This document shows, piece by piece, positions 49,927 through 63,469 of a DNA stretch of 64,000 bases. The notes beneath the pieces were generated by a model that saw only the letters and a list, made by a program, of their open reading frames with translations, had not been told where the DNA came from and searched no databases. Each line of letters begins with the position of its first letter. The stretch's first letter is position 1. The DNA lies in the NCBI RefSeq assembly GCF_037042905.1, contig NC_087251.1:45324001-45388000 (forward strand), given 5' to 3'. The stretch comes from Lytechinus pictus. Taxonomy: Eukaryota. A program made the position numbers and the translations under genes.

Positions 49927-52463
49927 CATTTACCACTTAAATGATTTGGATTCGGCTTTATGTAAGGTTGGATATAACATCTGAAAAAAGTTGTCCCTCC
50001 TGCAGTCTTTAAAGTGTTAATTTAACATTTCAATTTTTGTTTATATCTACTATTGATTATGGGATTTACAACTTGAAGAAATGTGAAGAAAATTATCCTT
50101 TAACCGAGACGAGCATTTATTTTAAAACTCTTATTCACTACCTATCCAAAAGAGCTTCCCTTTTTTCCCAAGAAATTATGATATCTTGGCAATGCAAGAT
50201 ACAATTTCATCACAAAATGTTAAATGATGTTTCTGTGTCATAATGAGAATAATGTTACCCAATTCCCTTCAAGATTAATTCAAATTGAAAAATCCATGGC
50301 ATTCGTAGCAAACTAGAAGTAAATTCAAATAGTTACAACCCCTCTTTGCCACCCGCATGCTTATCCGATCTGGATTCATATACATTGAATGCCCTTGGAC
50401 CTATTTGCTAGAATAATAGAATTCATTACTTAATTCAACTAATGCATATATATTTCTACAACAATAAAAAAAAAAGTAGGGCCTATATTTCCGGAACCAA
50501 AAACGTCTTAACCAAGGTTATTTTCATTGTAATAACTCCCTTTCGGATGTTTGTTTTATAGGCGTAATTTCCTTCGGCAAGAAATTCATCCACATTGTAC
50601 TGCACTCGACCTAGGTGAGGTGAATGGGTACCAGGCGGGATTTATTCCTTGAACGCTTTAGCGCCTATTAATATGGCGGCTTAGCTAGCTACAGCCGGGG
50701 TAATAATAATTTTATGATACTAAGTATCAAAGCACGGTTGAGTATATGCACATAGTAACTGCGCTATATAAATGGACATATTATTATTATTTATAATTAT
50801 TGTAGTCCGTTTGTCATTGTTTTAATGTAATTTATATATTAATTTGTAATTCATGGCGCCAATTCATTCAGGCTTTTCTCCCTTTTTAAGCACCTACGAT
50901 ATATTCATGCCATTGAATTTTGTATGAATAAAAGTTGAATTAAATGCATATAATATATTTTACAAAAAGAATCAATCTCTCCATTTTTTCCCCTTAAAGA
51001 CGTCTCTAATACTGTACTTTTAATTAACGTGGCCCCGTTGCATAAAAGCTACTATGATAATACTAACTTTGTCATCCAATGGTATCATCTATAGGGAATT
51101 CTTGAATTTCATCGGCCGTTGAGCATTGTTGCCATAATTACCATTGGATGGTAAAATTATAAACATGATAATAGTAACTTATATGCAAATGGACCGTGGT
51201 CGTAATTAGTCTGCAGGCACAGACCATGATTGAAACTTTGTTCAACAAGTGGATCTCCACGCAAAGACTAGCTCATACAAAAATTACACAAGGTATTAGA
51301 CAGGGGCCGCGGAAAAGATTTCAAAGTGGGGGGGGGGGGGGGCTGACCATGCAAAAAATCACAATCCTATGGTAATTTTTACGTTTTTGTACACGGTTTT
51401 GGAAAAAAGTGGGGGGGGGGGGCTGAAGCCTATAGGTTAAAGGGGTCCAGGCAGAAAATGATATGATTTGAAGAGATAAAGTAAAATCAGAACCCCCACC
51501 CCCAAAAAAGGGTGAAAATTATTTTCATCAAATTCGGAAAAGGAATAACAATATGAATGAGATGTGGAAAAGTAATTAAAATCTGATTTAAGGTGCAAGA
51601 TAATCATTGCCGCAACTTATGTAACAAGGTAAATCGTACACACGTGTATGAAAATATGAAATAATTACGATGTCATATAATAACAAAAGAGAATGAAAAG
51701 GGGGACATGACATCAACAACCAACCTAATGCATAGTGGCGGCGTGCATATATAACCGTTTCCACAAAATATTGGTAAGCTTTAAAATTCAATAACTTCCT
51801 CATTTGTTATCAGATTTTTGTGAAAATTTCGGTGTGATGAATGGTGAAAAAATGAGGAAAAACAAGGAAGCAGGTAGAATTAAAATACATGTACTCACAA
51901 GAGAGGTTTGGGGCATTTAACTCTATAATTACCCGCTATCCAAGTAAAAGGGGGCCTCCATTTGTCTTACCCCCCCCCCCCCCCCCGAAAATCAAAATTT
52001 GATGGCGCCGGCCATGGTTCCATTTATATATACATACAAATATTTTTTTCTTCCCACATTGATGTAAGGAAAGAGCAGTAGTGAAGAAGACGAGAGATGG
52101 CGCTCTTTCGCTGAAACAGATAAAGCACTTTGAACGTGCCAGAAAATTGTGCTGTGCAAGAGTCTAAATATTTTATTGAGAAATACATATCTTCTGCAGA
52201 ATGTACTGAAGTGTACAGAAAGTATGGAATGAGGTTGGAAAGGGAATTTAAATTGTCTGTTTATGTTCTATGTATAGAACAATGTTTTTTTTTAAGAAAT
52301 AGGCCTACTATAGCTACAAATATCCAACCATATATTGTACAATAAGGTAACAAGATCATGGATCTCATCATGATGTAAACTTTTAGAATATGAGATGATC
52401 ATGGATCTTATACTGACGACATGCTTTTTTAGAGATGAACAGATGACAAAAACCTGTTTTATG

Positions 52464-52706
52464 ACCGGTGTGCTGGCTCAGTTGGTAGAGCATCCGTCTC
52501 ACAACCAGGAGGTCGGGAGTTCAAACCCCGGCCGCGTTGGACCAAAAGACGTTAAAAGATGGGAGTTGCTGCTACCCCGTTTGGTGTTCAATGATTAAAA
52601 GGATAGAGCCTCGTCGATCTGGCGCTCCACAGCAGCTGCCAGGCCCATGATCAATTGGGCAAAACAAATTTTCGGAGTATTTCATTCCATGTCTATTTCG
52701 AACAAT
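52464..52706 (+). mobile_element. tRNA-headed SINE (different family)
   Basis: A box TGGCTCAGTTGG and B box GTTCAAACC, continuing into a non-tRNA body (gaccaaaagacgttaaaa...) and an A-rich end. Confidence 0.75.
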
Positions 52707-55700
52707 AAAATAATCATTTAAAAAAATATTCAAAAATGATGTCTACATGAGAATCAGATTTCATAATCTCATCATTTTCTACCGGGATGACCGGGGGGGG
52801 GGGGGGGTGTACCAGCATGGCACGATTGAATATTTTATCACCTGATTATCTCTTCTGAAGAGATCCACGCTTTAGTCGTGTGATCAACTACTCTGAAAGA
52901 TGTCAACATGATTAGATCTTTGATCCTGCATCATCAGGCCATCTCTTCTTGTCTTGTTTGTTTTAAACTGTTTGTTATTCAAAATTGTTACTTGACTTTA
53001 ACTTAAACTATAAATGACAATCAAAATAATAAAAAAGCACAATCCTGCCTTCTTTTTCAAGCAAACACTTCTTTCTAGTATTTAATCTTTTTATCTGTCA
53101 TGACATTAACACACATATACAATGATATAATATAACCATCTTGAATATATTGATATACATGTATGACCCTCAAAGGTCAACATTTTTTTATCACACAACA
53201 AAAAATCTTTAAGGTGCCATATTTGGACTATTTCAATATACTTTCTTAAAGGAACACAGTCAATACTCTATTTATGATTATATTTTGTCAAAGCACATGA
53301 TGTCGTATTTACAAGATGAAGGCTTTAATCGATTTTCAAAGAACGTATGGTAAATGGCAAACATCTTCTTATGGTTTATATAGAAAAAAATTGCCCCCTT
53401 TCAACATTAAGAGCATATGATGTTATGCCAAACAACATAATTCTATTTTCTACTACTTTTTGATATTCTAAGAGAACAAAGCACAGTGCTATCTGCGCTC
53501 AAGGCTTCATGTACAGTTCTATGTACTGGAAGGATATCTATGGACTCTATGATAAAAGGGAAAGGAAACTAGTCACTTTGTCAAAAGCGTAAATACTTTT
53601 CAGTGAAGAAGCGGATGAGAAGACGAATTCAATATTTCACCATCAACATTAAAAACAAATAAATTGCAATCAAATACACAGAGAAATTAACAAAAATATA
53701 ATAGAAAAATTGACTAAAATCAGTACATATAAGTGTTTCAATCGAAAATTAACTGTAATTGACTTTAAGAACCAGAGACGGATTATTCGCAATCAATCAA
53801 CTGAACATCAAAATATGCAAAATTATATAAAGAAAAGCACAAAGTTCAAGTTGACGGTTTTTTTTTTTAATGTTAAGTTTTAGGATGCTTTCCTTGCTGT
53901 GTTTCTTTTTAACATTCAAACCAGTGAGCATTTAAAAAAAATAATTTTAACATTTTCAGGTCAAGACAACAAAACCTGTATTACATGATGTTTATCATTC
54001 AATACCAAACAATCTTCTTTTCTTACATAAAAAACAAGGTAAAAGACCTATCGCAAAAGGGTTACTCATAATTACTCTCCAAAATGAAAAAAATGTATCA
54101 AAAAGGAAGTACTTCAAGTGGAGGATTCCATATGTGATAAGAAAAAACATGCTTGAAAATAAAATATATCAAATTATATTCTGTAATTTGTTCTTCCATT
54201 TCTTCGCAATTCATTAGGATTTCATGACTCAAAATAATTTTTGCCACAACTAACTTCACTTCATAAGTTTTGTCTACTATTTTGTTTATTGACACAATCC
54301 AGCAGCTCATGCAATATCCTTTCTCAACTCCTCAAGGAAGTTTAGAAAATCTACACTTAATATTTCTCCCTTCTCTAGTAATAATGTAAAAATGCCTGAA
54401 ACCATTAAAAAGATTCTTCATTTCATTACTTACCCTGCTTTTTTCATCTAATAAATTGCCGTTTTTTTTTAAAGATTTCTTCCTGACTGAAACAGACAAG
54501 ATTTTCTATTTGCATTAAAAGCATGGCTCTACTGCAACAACTGAATTAAAAAAAACTGTCTATCTACACTCAGAATAAAATCATGTATATCCTGGTTCTA
54601 CAAAGCTGAAAATAATCAAGATAATTCAGATTAAGACGTGATGTTTCATTCAATACAAAGTGAAACATCACTGATCCAGATGAAAGAAACAAATATCAAG
54701 CTTGCACGGGATAGAATCATCACCAGATAAACAATCCAATGCAATGCAATCGCCTACTTGGAATCATAAATTCATTGAATTATTAATCAATGGATATGCA
54801 CATCATTCATTGATGCTACAAAGATGAAAATAAAATCACTTGGGATTCCCCGTACACTGACAATTTGAATGCCCTAATTCAATATAAAAACACAATCAGA
54901 GAGACAACGATGACCAAAGTGTGACCGGTTTTGAAAGACACATGACATATATCATTCACATAAATCATGATCGTGGGCATGATACTTGGTAAAGAATATA
55001 TCCTTAGTAGATTATTATTTTTTTCTAGGTAAAAACATGAAAAACTCTTTCAACAATATTTCCCATGTCCCCATTCGCTGTAACACATTCTTAGAAATGC
55101 AAGGTTGAAAGCAAAGAGATAATGTCGCATGGATGAGAACATGAGTATTTATTCCGGTTTTGAGTGCAAATATAACTCAATTAATTGGACTGGACATTTT
55201 ATGCCCACTCACCGATTGTAATAAAATCATTCTTCGAAATTCAAAAGCATTTTAGCTGAGGCATAATGCAGCTCAGATCATTATTAGCACATTAATATTC
55301 AAATAAGCAATATTTTCAATAAAACCAAATTTACTCCATTTTGGAGTGCAAATAGAATTCAATTGCTGGACTAAACATTTCATGTCCATTCAATGAAATT
55401 AATACTTTCATTTATTTGAAATAATAATCTGAAATAAGAATATCAATATTCAATAAAATCTATTTGAATAATTCATTATAATTCTAAGAATAAGCAAATC
55501 ACATGAAGGAAGTACAATTTCTCTATGAAACAAAAAAATTAAAAAAACAGAGAGTATAATTTCATTTATGTTTCATCTGTGAAAACTACAATAAAATACT
55601 TTAACCATGATTGGCAGAAAAGCATGGTTACTATAGTAACCTATCATAAATAACTGCGATGAACAGGGCCCCAAAATAAGAAAAATTTACCAACATAGAT

Positions 55701-56454
55701 TTTACCCCAGAACATCAATATAGAAAAAGTGGAAAGCAATGCAAATTCTCTCAATCTCATTCATATATTCTGTCATTACACCTGCATGTCACCAACAGCA
55801 CCAATAACAGAGAATGTTATTTAAATAAACTTGTCGAAAACTTGATTTCACACAAAAAAATAGTACAACAAACACTGAATTTGTTCTTAAGACAACACTT
55901 TTCCATTCCCTATGGCACTTTATATCCTCTCCAAAATGCACTGTGACACACATAAAAATACAATCTGAAAAAGAAAATATAGACAATGTACTATCTGTTT
56001 TAGAAGACAACGATTCAAATATAGTCTGATTATTATTTACATTACAGTTACACAAATAACTTAAGTGATAAAAAAGAGAAATCGACAATGAAGATGGGGA
56101 GACGGGACAGAGAGAGAGAGAAATAGAAAATATTTGACACTATAAATTATACAATCTGAATCTATTAACCAATTGACAACTGGAAATTATACAGCCCTGT
56201 ACAAACTCTAAAAGGGTTGATATAATCTCAAAGTAAATAGGTTAATGAATGCACAAAGTGGTGGAGGAAAGTTACACAAGTAAAACATATATATATCTAT
56301 ATTATATACATTGTAACTTGGAAAGCACCTCAAGTAAAGTTACTAGTAGTCTGTTTCAAGATTTGTTTTAGAATTTAATTCACCATCAAACCTGGCAAGT
56401 GTACACAAATTGTGTGGTAGCTAATCTTAACGGACAGTGTCAATGTGGTAAAGT

Positions 56455-56582
56455 GGGGGCGTCGTGGTCTAGTGGGTAAGATTCTCGTCTTCAATCTGAG
56501 GGACGTGGGCTCGATTCCAAGCCGTGGCGTGTTTCCCTTCAGCAAGAAATTTACCCACATTACGCTGCACTCAACCCAGGTT
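56455..56582 (+). mobile_element. 5' part of a tRNA-derived SINE (related partial 3' copy at about 50560-50790)
   Basis: gtcgtggtctagtggg A box, tcgattcc B box, then ccttcagcaagaaatttacccacatt...gcactcaacccagg. Confidence 0.75.
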
Positions 56583-57469
56583 AGTGTAGACATTTATCAT
56601 TTTTTTGTACCCCCCCTCCCACAGCTCTCGATGGTGTTACAAATCGAATCTATGCCCAACTTCACTTAATTACAAATAAGACGCTGTAAGCATGGACATC
56701 GGGCAGAAAAGTTTCAACGATTTATTGCACACAACAGGGTATCTGAAAGTGACATCCTTCTATATTCATAGACCAATGAAGCTTGCATCATTAGACATGT
56801 ATGAGCTCATTTAAGGGTCTTATTGATAGAAAATGTATTAGTGTGAGGATAGTGAAGAAGATAAATTAAAAAAATCCCTAAAAACTCACATTTTCATCAA
56901 TATGATTATTTCCAGGAAAAAATCTAGTGGAAATGGGTGGTTTACTTCAATATTCTCGGCAAACACACAATCTTCTCAGAGCTGTTCGACTTCATTCAGT
57001 TTTCACCGTCTTTGCCCCTGTGCATGTTTCTTGTGTTTAAGTCGCATACCCCTTACTTCATCATCATCATCGCAGCCTTAATCTCTGATCTAGCACAACC
57101 CAATTTTCCTGTCGGCAAATTTCAAAGATTTGGAAATAGTGAGTAATCTCTTTTTGTTCACACAGTTATAATAACAGTGAACTTTATGGCATTGCTGCAT
57201 TCAGAGCCGTAATAAGTATTTGTTGTTATTCTAGTTTTTCCTTTAATAAAAATTCATGTACTTGCATAATATAATGCCATGAGAGGATACAGATACTACT
57301 AAACCATCATCATCCTCATTTCCTTTTTGTTTAGAATGAACCTTCTTTCCAAATCATCTCCAAACAGTACTCTGAGATTGAGAGTGATCAAACCATCTTG
57401 ATTTAAATCTTGGTTAAAAAATATCATAGAACCCTGTAGAAAGTGAAAGAATATAGCAATTAGGAGGTC

Positions 57470-59604
57470 ATCCAGACATGTCTCCTCTTCATCAAGTGTT
57501 GTTGGTGACCAATGGAAAAGTTCCTGAGGATATGATGTTGCAGGGGGTCAAAGACCCAACAGCGGACGAATACTGCATCAGGATTATATCTTGCAGAGGG
57601 ATGTCAGCTTTACCTTGGTAGTTGCTCCACAAAGGTTAAGTCTGACCCAAAATCTGTTCACCCAGTATTGTTGGTAACCAATAGCATAGGTTCCTGAGGA
57701 TATGCCGTTGCAAGAAATCAGAGACCTTACAACAGACCAAATAATGCATCAGGATTAATGTCCTGCAAATGATGCAATTTTTACATTAGTAGATGCTCAA
57801 AGGTTCAGGCTGACCCAAATCTACTGTTCACCAGTGGTCCCGCAGTATGGAATTCAGGGCACAGACCCAAACAACAGACAAATAATGCATACAGATCAAA
57901 GTCCTGCAGAGCGATGCCATCTTTTACTCTGATAGTTGTTCAGAGGTTCATGCTGACAAATCATCTCCTGTACACCAAGTGGTCCATGAGTATGGATTCT
58001 TGAGGATGTAACAGCGTCGAAGTCATAAACCAGGGGGCCGTTTCATAAAGCTGTTCGTAAGTTAAGAGCGACTTTAAGAACGACTGGTGATTATTTAGCG
58101 CGTAAGAAAGGATCACCAGTCGTTCTTAAAGTTGGTCTTAACTTACGAACAGCTTTATGAAACACCTACCTGGAGACAGATGAATACTGCATCAGGATCA
58201 AATCATGCAGAGAGATATCATCCTTACTTTGGTGGTTAGCCAGTGGTTCAGGCTGGAAAATCATCTTCTATTCAGCAAGTGTTCTTACTGAACATCAGTA
58301 TGGAATTTCGAGGAAACAAGGCTGCTTTAAGTCATCAACCTTAAAGAGGAATACTGCATCAGGATCAAAATCTAGCAATAGGTAGTTTGTTCACAGATAC
58401 AATCTGACCCAAAATCTCCTGTTCACCATGTGTTGTTGGTGTCCGACTGTATCGGTTCCTCAGGATATAATGTTGTGAGAAGTCAATGACCTAACAACCG
58501 AACTGTGTCAAAATCAATAGAGGGATGTCATCTTTAATAGGTAGTTGTTTGGAGGTTCAGGCTGATCAACCCTTCCTGATCATCAAGTGGTGTTTATGAA
58601 CATCAGTATGAGTACTTGAGGACTTGAGTAAGAAGTCATAAACCTAATGAGAGATTAATAAAACACAATGATCAAAACTCAGTAGAATGATGTCATCTTT
58701 AATAGGTGATTTTTCAGAGGTTCAGGCTGACCCAACGTGGTCCATCAGTACGAGTTCTTGAGGACATGACATTGCAGAAGTCATAAACCTGATGACAGAG
58801 AAATATCGTGTCAGGATCGAAATCCAGGAGAGGGATGTCATCTTTACTTTGGTAGATCTATGAAGGATTAGGCTGATCCAACGTTTCCTATTCACCAAGG
58901 GGTGTTTACGCCGATCTGGATGGATCCTTAAGGACAAGATATTGCAAGAAGTGATAGACTTGAGGACAGAAGAAACCCAGAGGTGGTATGACACCTTTCA
59001 TTTGTACAGTTCTCCAAAGGTTCAGGGACATAGCTGCTACTCGGATGGATAGATTCTGACCCAACATCTCCCGTTCATCAGGTGGTCCATCAGTATGGAT
59101 CGTTGAGGACACACCATTGCGGGAAGTCATAAACCTGATGAAAGAGGAACACTGCATCAGGTTCAAAACCCTGGGGTGGGGGTGGCACCTTCCCTTGTGT
59201 AGTTCTCCAAAGGTTCAGGGACATAGCTTCTACCAGGATGGACACCTTCTGACCCAACATCTGTTCATCAATTGGTCCATCAGTATGGATTTTTGAGGAC
59301 ACGCTGTTGCCTAAAGTCACACACTTGACGGCAAAGGAACACTGCATCAGGATCAAAACCCTGAGGTGGGGGTGGCATTTTTCCTTGGGTAGATTCATTC
59401 TGATTCAACGTCTTCTGTTCACCAAGCGGTGAATATGAACATAAGTATGGGTTCTTGAGGTCACAATGTTGCAAGAAGTCATAAACTTAACAAGAGATGA
59501 ACAAAACACCAGGATCAAAACCCAGCAGAGGGATGTCATCTTTAATAGGTTGTTGTGCAGAGGTACAGGCCAACCCATCATCTTCTATTCATCAAAGTGG
59601 TCCA
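57470..59604 (-). repeat. Degenerate tandem array (about 12 units of roughly 130-190 bp) derived from the BAHD1 terminal exon
   Basis: Recurrent plus-strand anchors tactgcatcaggatcaaa, gaagtcataaacct, cagtatggattcttgagga and aggttcaggctgac. Translations give PPPQGFDPDAVFLCRQVCDFRQQRVLKNPY and PPPQGFEPDAVFLFHQVYDFPQWCVLNDPY. Confidence 0.9.
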
Positions 59605-59791
59605 TCAGTATGGATTCTTGAGGACACGCCGTTGCCTGAAGTCATAGACCTGACGACAGAGGAATACTGCATCGGGATCAAAACCCTGAGGTGGTATGGA
59701 ATCTTTCCTTGGGTAGTTCTCCAGAGGTTCAGGGACATAGCTTCTACTAGGACGGATTCCTTCCATCGCCATCTGTAGCTTGGAATAGAAC
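59605..59791 (-). CDS. BAHD1: BAHD1-like terminal coding exon; upstream exons were not found in the window
   Basis: Acceptor ttatgcAG, then (R)FYSKLQMAMEGIRPSRSYVPEPLENYPRKDSIPPQGFDPDAVFLCRQVYDFRQRRVLKNPY*. Resembles the recalled BAHD1 C-terminus ([24 protein letters not shown]). Phase 2 fits the previous exon. Confidence 0.88.
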
Positions 59792-60432
59792 CTGCATAAA
59801 ATAATGAAAGAAATAAAAGAAGGCCTCATAACATAAATCATCACATGACTCTATGTGAAAAAAAAATTGAAGTATGTGGAAAATCATATTGGTTAAATAT
59901 GGAAACAGGGTGTAAAGTCTTAATTTGAGTTGTTACTAAATTGATAAAAAACTACAAACTTTCCTGAGGAGTTTTTACTGCATGTAGGAAAGAAATATGG
60001 GACTGCACACTAATCATTTTCAATTCAATTCAATTCATTTATTTTTTCTTTCAATCTTTTTACATTTACAATGATAGTTCAATATACATATTTACAAAAT
60101 ATAACATTTAAAGCATTTTTTATAAAACAATAATACCATGAAATCGAAAGGGAAGGAGACCAACTAAAAAGCAGAGCTTGTAGGGTGAAGGCCCCCTTTT
60201 ATAAGTAAATTTTATGAATAAAAAAACAAGATGAAATAAAGAAATAAACAATATATATATATATTTAATGAATAAAAACACAATACTGGATCTTATCTAC
60301 TAAATATTAGACATTTTAAACCAATATTCTTTTCAAACAAAATGAATAGAATGCAAAAGCTCACAATTTACCCATAAATCCCCAAAACTGAATTTTGCAT
60401 TTTAAGTCCCTACTAAAATTTCATACACAAAC

Positions 60433-60524
60433 CTGTTGTATTCAGCTAGGGTGACAACGTAGCATTTGTCCTCTATGCATGCAACGCTGTTAATATCCCA
60501 GTGTCTGCAAGCAAAGATCTCGTT
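60433..60524 (-). CDS. BAHD1: BAHD1-like (bromo adjacent homology domain protein), penultimate coding exon
   Basis: Acceptor tttgcAG, then [30 protein letters not shown]+AG and donor GT. Closely resembles the BAH-domain segment of vertebrate BAHD1 as I recall it ([31 protein letters not shown]). Confidence 0.88.
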
Positions 60525-61324
60525 CTGCAAAGAAACAAAGAGAAACAGAATATTTACTCTTAGTGCGCTAGATAGACATGATGCAACATGATAGTTGCAT
60601 GTTGTCATATTCAATAATCAAATCAAATACAAGGAGAGATTCAATCTATAATACTGCTGTACACTGTCAAGAAAGAGTGACAATACAACATTTCTTGTAA
60701 AAGACAAAGATGCAAATGTATCTGCCATTTAAACTGAAGTACATGTAAATGTAATACCATGATGCTTTGCCTGACACATGTCACTTGATATGGTGTGGTC
60801 ATAGTTAATATTCTATCAATGAGAGCACAATAAACAACCATTAATAACTCATATTCAGTTTACAACATCCTTGTTTCATTGGGCAAATGCAGTGTAGAAC
60901 AGTGTACAGTTTTAATTATAAAACACCTAGAACTCTGTAAGTCATCTTTCCTTGAGAATTCACCGGAACAAACTAAAATCTCCTTTTCAGGGAGTCTCCC
61001 ATTATTAAAGAAGACTGATGCTCTTAATGATTTCACGGGAAGAAACAAGTAGGTAGGGCATACGAAGAGCTCTTGAGTTCACACAGACCTAAATCATTCT
61101 CAATCACTCCTTCAGGGCTCATACACCTCATTAGCGACTTGGCATCGCAGCACTCGCATCATTAGCATCATTGGCAATGATGCACTACAGTACCTCAAGC
61201 AAAAGAGCATACAATGTATTCACATGATAAAGAGCACATCTTATATACATGTAATCACTCCGTTCGCAGACCCAATAACACTGAACTTGTCAACATGGTT
61301 ACTGTATGTGCAATCCAGTTCCAT

Positions 61325-61572
61325 GACATTTGCTCCGCTCTAAATTCCACACACTAATCCAATGACCAACTTCAACCCTGGGTTTAACATTTGCTCTGGC
61401 GACATTTGCTCCGCTCTAAATTCCACACTCTAATCCAATGACCAACTTCAACCCTGGGTTTAACACTGTACCGTACCCTAAACCTAACATAAACCCATAT
61501 TGCAACCCTAAACCGAACTCTTAGATGAAATTAAGTCCGGCGGAGCAATTGTCGCAGGAGCAAATATGTCAC
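61325..61572. mobile_element. MITE with an internal ~75-bp tandem duplication
   Basis: gacatttgctccgctctaaattccacac...ccctgggtttaaca occurs twice. The right end ggagcaaatatgtca is inverted relative to the left end. Confidence 0.7.
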
Positions 61573-62899
61573 CGTGCAATCCATACCAACTACCATGACA
61601 AAACTGCCCAACAGCCAATCAAATTACAGGATTCAACTTCAATTACAATTGATTGTATAGTTATAATTAATGGTAAGGTTTTATGCAGATTAACTATTAA
61701 TTCCTGCATTCTCCCATTCTCATTGTTCAGAGACTACATGTACCTGCTTTCATTAGGTAACAGAGTAAAATGATAATGTAAAGTTCTAGACAAAATATGA
61801 ATAATTATTTATTGAAGTATTTCTCATGCCCTTTTCTATACTCTTATAATGTACATTTATTTATGCTAGATTCAGGAAATCATCTCATAAATCATAAACC
61901 TTCTAAATACAATTTTTTGTTTGCGGAAAATAGATTTGAGAGAACACACACACTAATCTACAAATCGTACTTTCTATGCACCAACATGCTACAAAAAAAG
62001 ATGAATTTGTCCGTCACGCAGAAGTGACAAGCTCGGAGTAGCCTATGGCTAAAGTACATCATTCATAATTCAGGAGTGAAGTGATTCAGATCTCTGCTAC
62101 AAACAGATGGATAGAGAAGAAATTGAGGTATAGGGGTAATGTCATGGCAAGTGTACTCAAACAAGGCTTATTTTTTAAGTAAATATTGTGTTTCCTCTTA
62201 ATCCTCCTCCATTTTTTCTTTTTGTATGCATACTGTAATTCTCATCATAATAAAAAGGGACTCCTGGTTGAAAGTTGTGTGATTTGACCATATATAGTAA
62301 AATCAGACAAACAAAACACTGACAATTCAATCACCATTGGAAAAAGGAGAACAAAGTTGTGACATTTCAAAGTTTTACATTAGTCCTCATGAAATGCAAC
62401 AAACAAGCTGATAATTCCAGTGTGACAATTTGTCAGCATATATTTCATTGTTTTACAAAGTTAGGTTTATATGAATGAACCATATCTAGACAATTTACGA
62501 TGACACAGTGACAACTGATCATAATTTTAGAGACTATCTCATGATATTGTTTGCTGTGTCTGCATTAGTTTATCATTAATTTATGATTAAGACGATAAAC
62601 ACATATTTATCGACCCTTTTTGTTTGATAATTATACATCATTCAATATTTTTCAAGTTCAATAGAGCTCTCTCCATCCATGTCAATCCAAGTCATCTATG
62701 CCCTTTAGCAATTCATAATTCATGTTCATCCGAATATCCGCCCACACCATCAATAAAGATCATTTCCGATCAACTACCCCCTCTTCCTGTAGTGTAAACT
62801 TTCTCTCATGATCTCTTTCCCTTGCATATCCCCCCCCCCTCCGTTTCTTGTTGCCCTTGGTTTAAAAAAAAACCCACAAAATTCATGGGCTCCTGTCAA

Positions 62900-63195
62900 C
62901 TAATAATAATAATAATAATAGGCATTTATAAAGCGCCATCTATCTATAAATATTCTATTCCGAGGCGCGTTGTTATTATTATTACCCCGGCTTTAGCTCG
63001 AGCTGCCTTTCAGCGCTCATGCATTCAAGGAATTAATCCTGCCGGGTACCCATTCACCTCACCTGGGTCGAGTGCAGCACAATGTGGATACATTTCTTGC
63101 TGAAGGAAATTACGCCATGGCTGGGATTCGAACCCACGACCCTCTGTTTCATAGTCAGGAGACTTATCCACTGGGCCACAAGGCTCCACAACGCT
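62900..63195 (-). mobile_element. tRNA-derived SINE
   Basis: Same family as 40905-41158 and 29590-29782. Confidence 0.88.
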
Positions 63196-63469
63196 CCACA
63201 ACTACACTAACTGGTTGGATCACTTTTTGATCAGATTTCTTTTCTACTTTTCTCAGGTTAGCACGATTGCACTTACATTGTAAAAGTAGCTTATGTTCGT
63301 TGCATTCAAAACACAAGGGCATATATACCTCAGAAATATGCTTGGTTTTTTTTAATCTGCAAGTAAATAATGACATTTCAAAAATGATTGTGATTTGGCA
63401 CATATTAATATAAAATGCACATTGGTACATGCAGCTTTTAAAGCACTTACTATAAGTTTTTATCATCAA

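Noticed and set aside
52464..52540. tRNA gene
   Set aside because: The acceptor stem pairs poorly and the sequence runs into a SINE body, so it is treated as a SINE head.
57470..59604. CRISPR-like array or repeat-protein CDS
   Set aside because: Eukaryotic context, and the units are long, degenerate and full of stops and frameshifts, with no repeat-spacer structure.
60730..60775. Upstream BAHD1 exon (WYY motif on the minus strand)
   Set aside because: It reads SWYYIYMY rather than the expected WYYRPEH-like motif and lacks supporting context. The earlier exons probably lie beyond the window.
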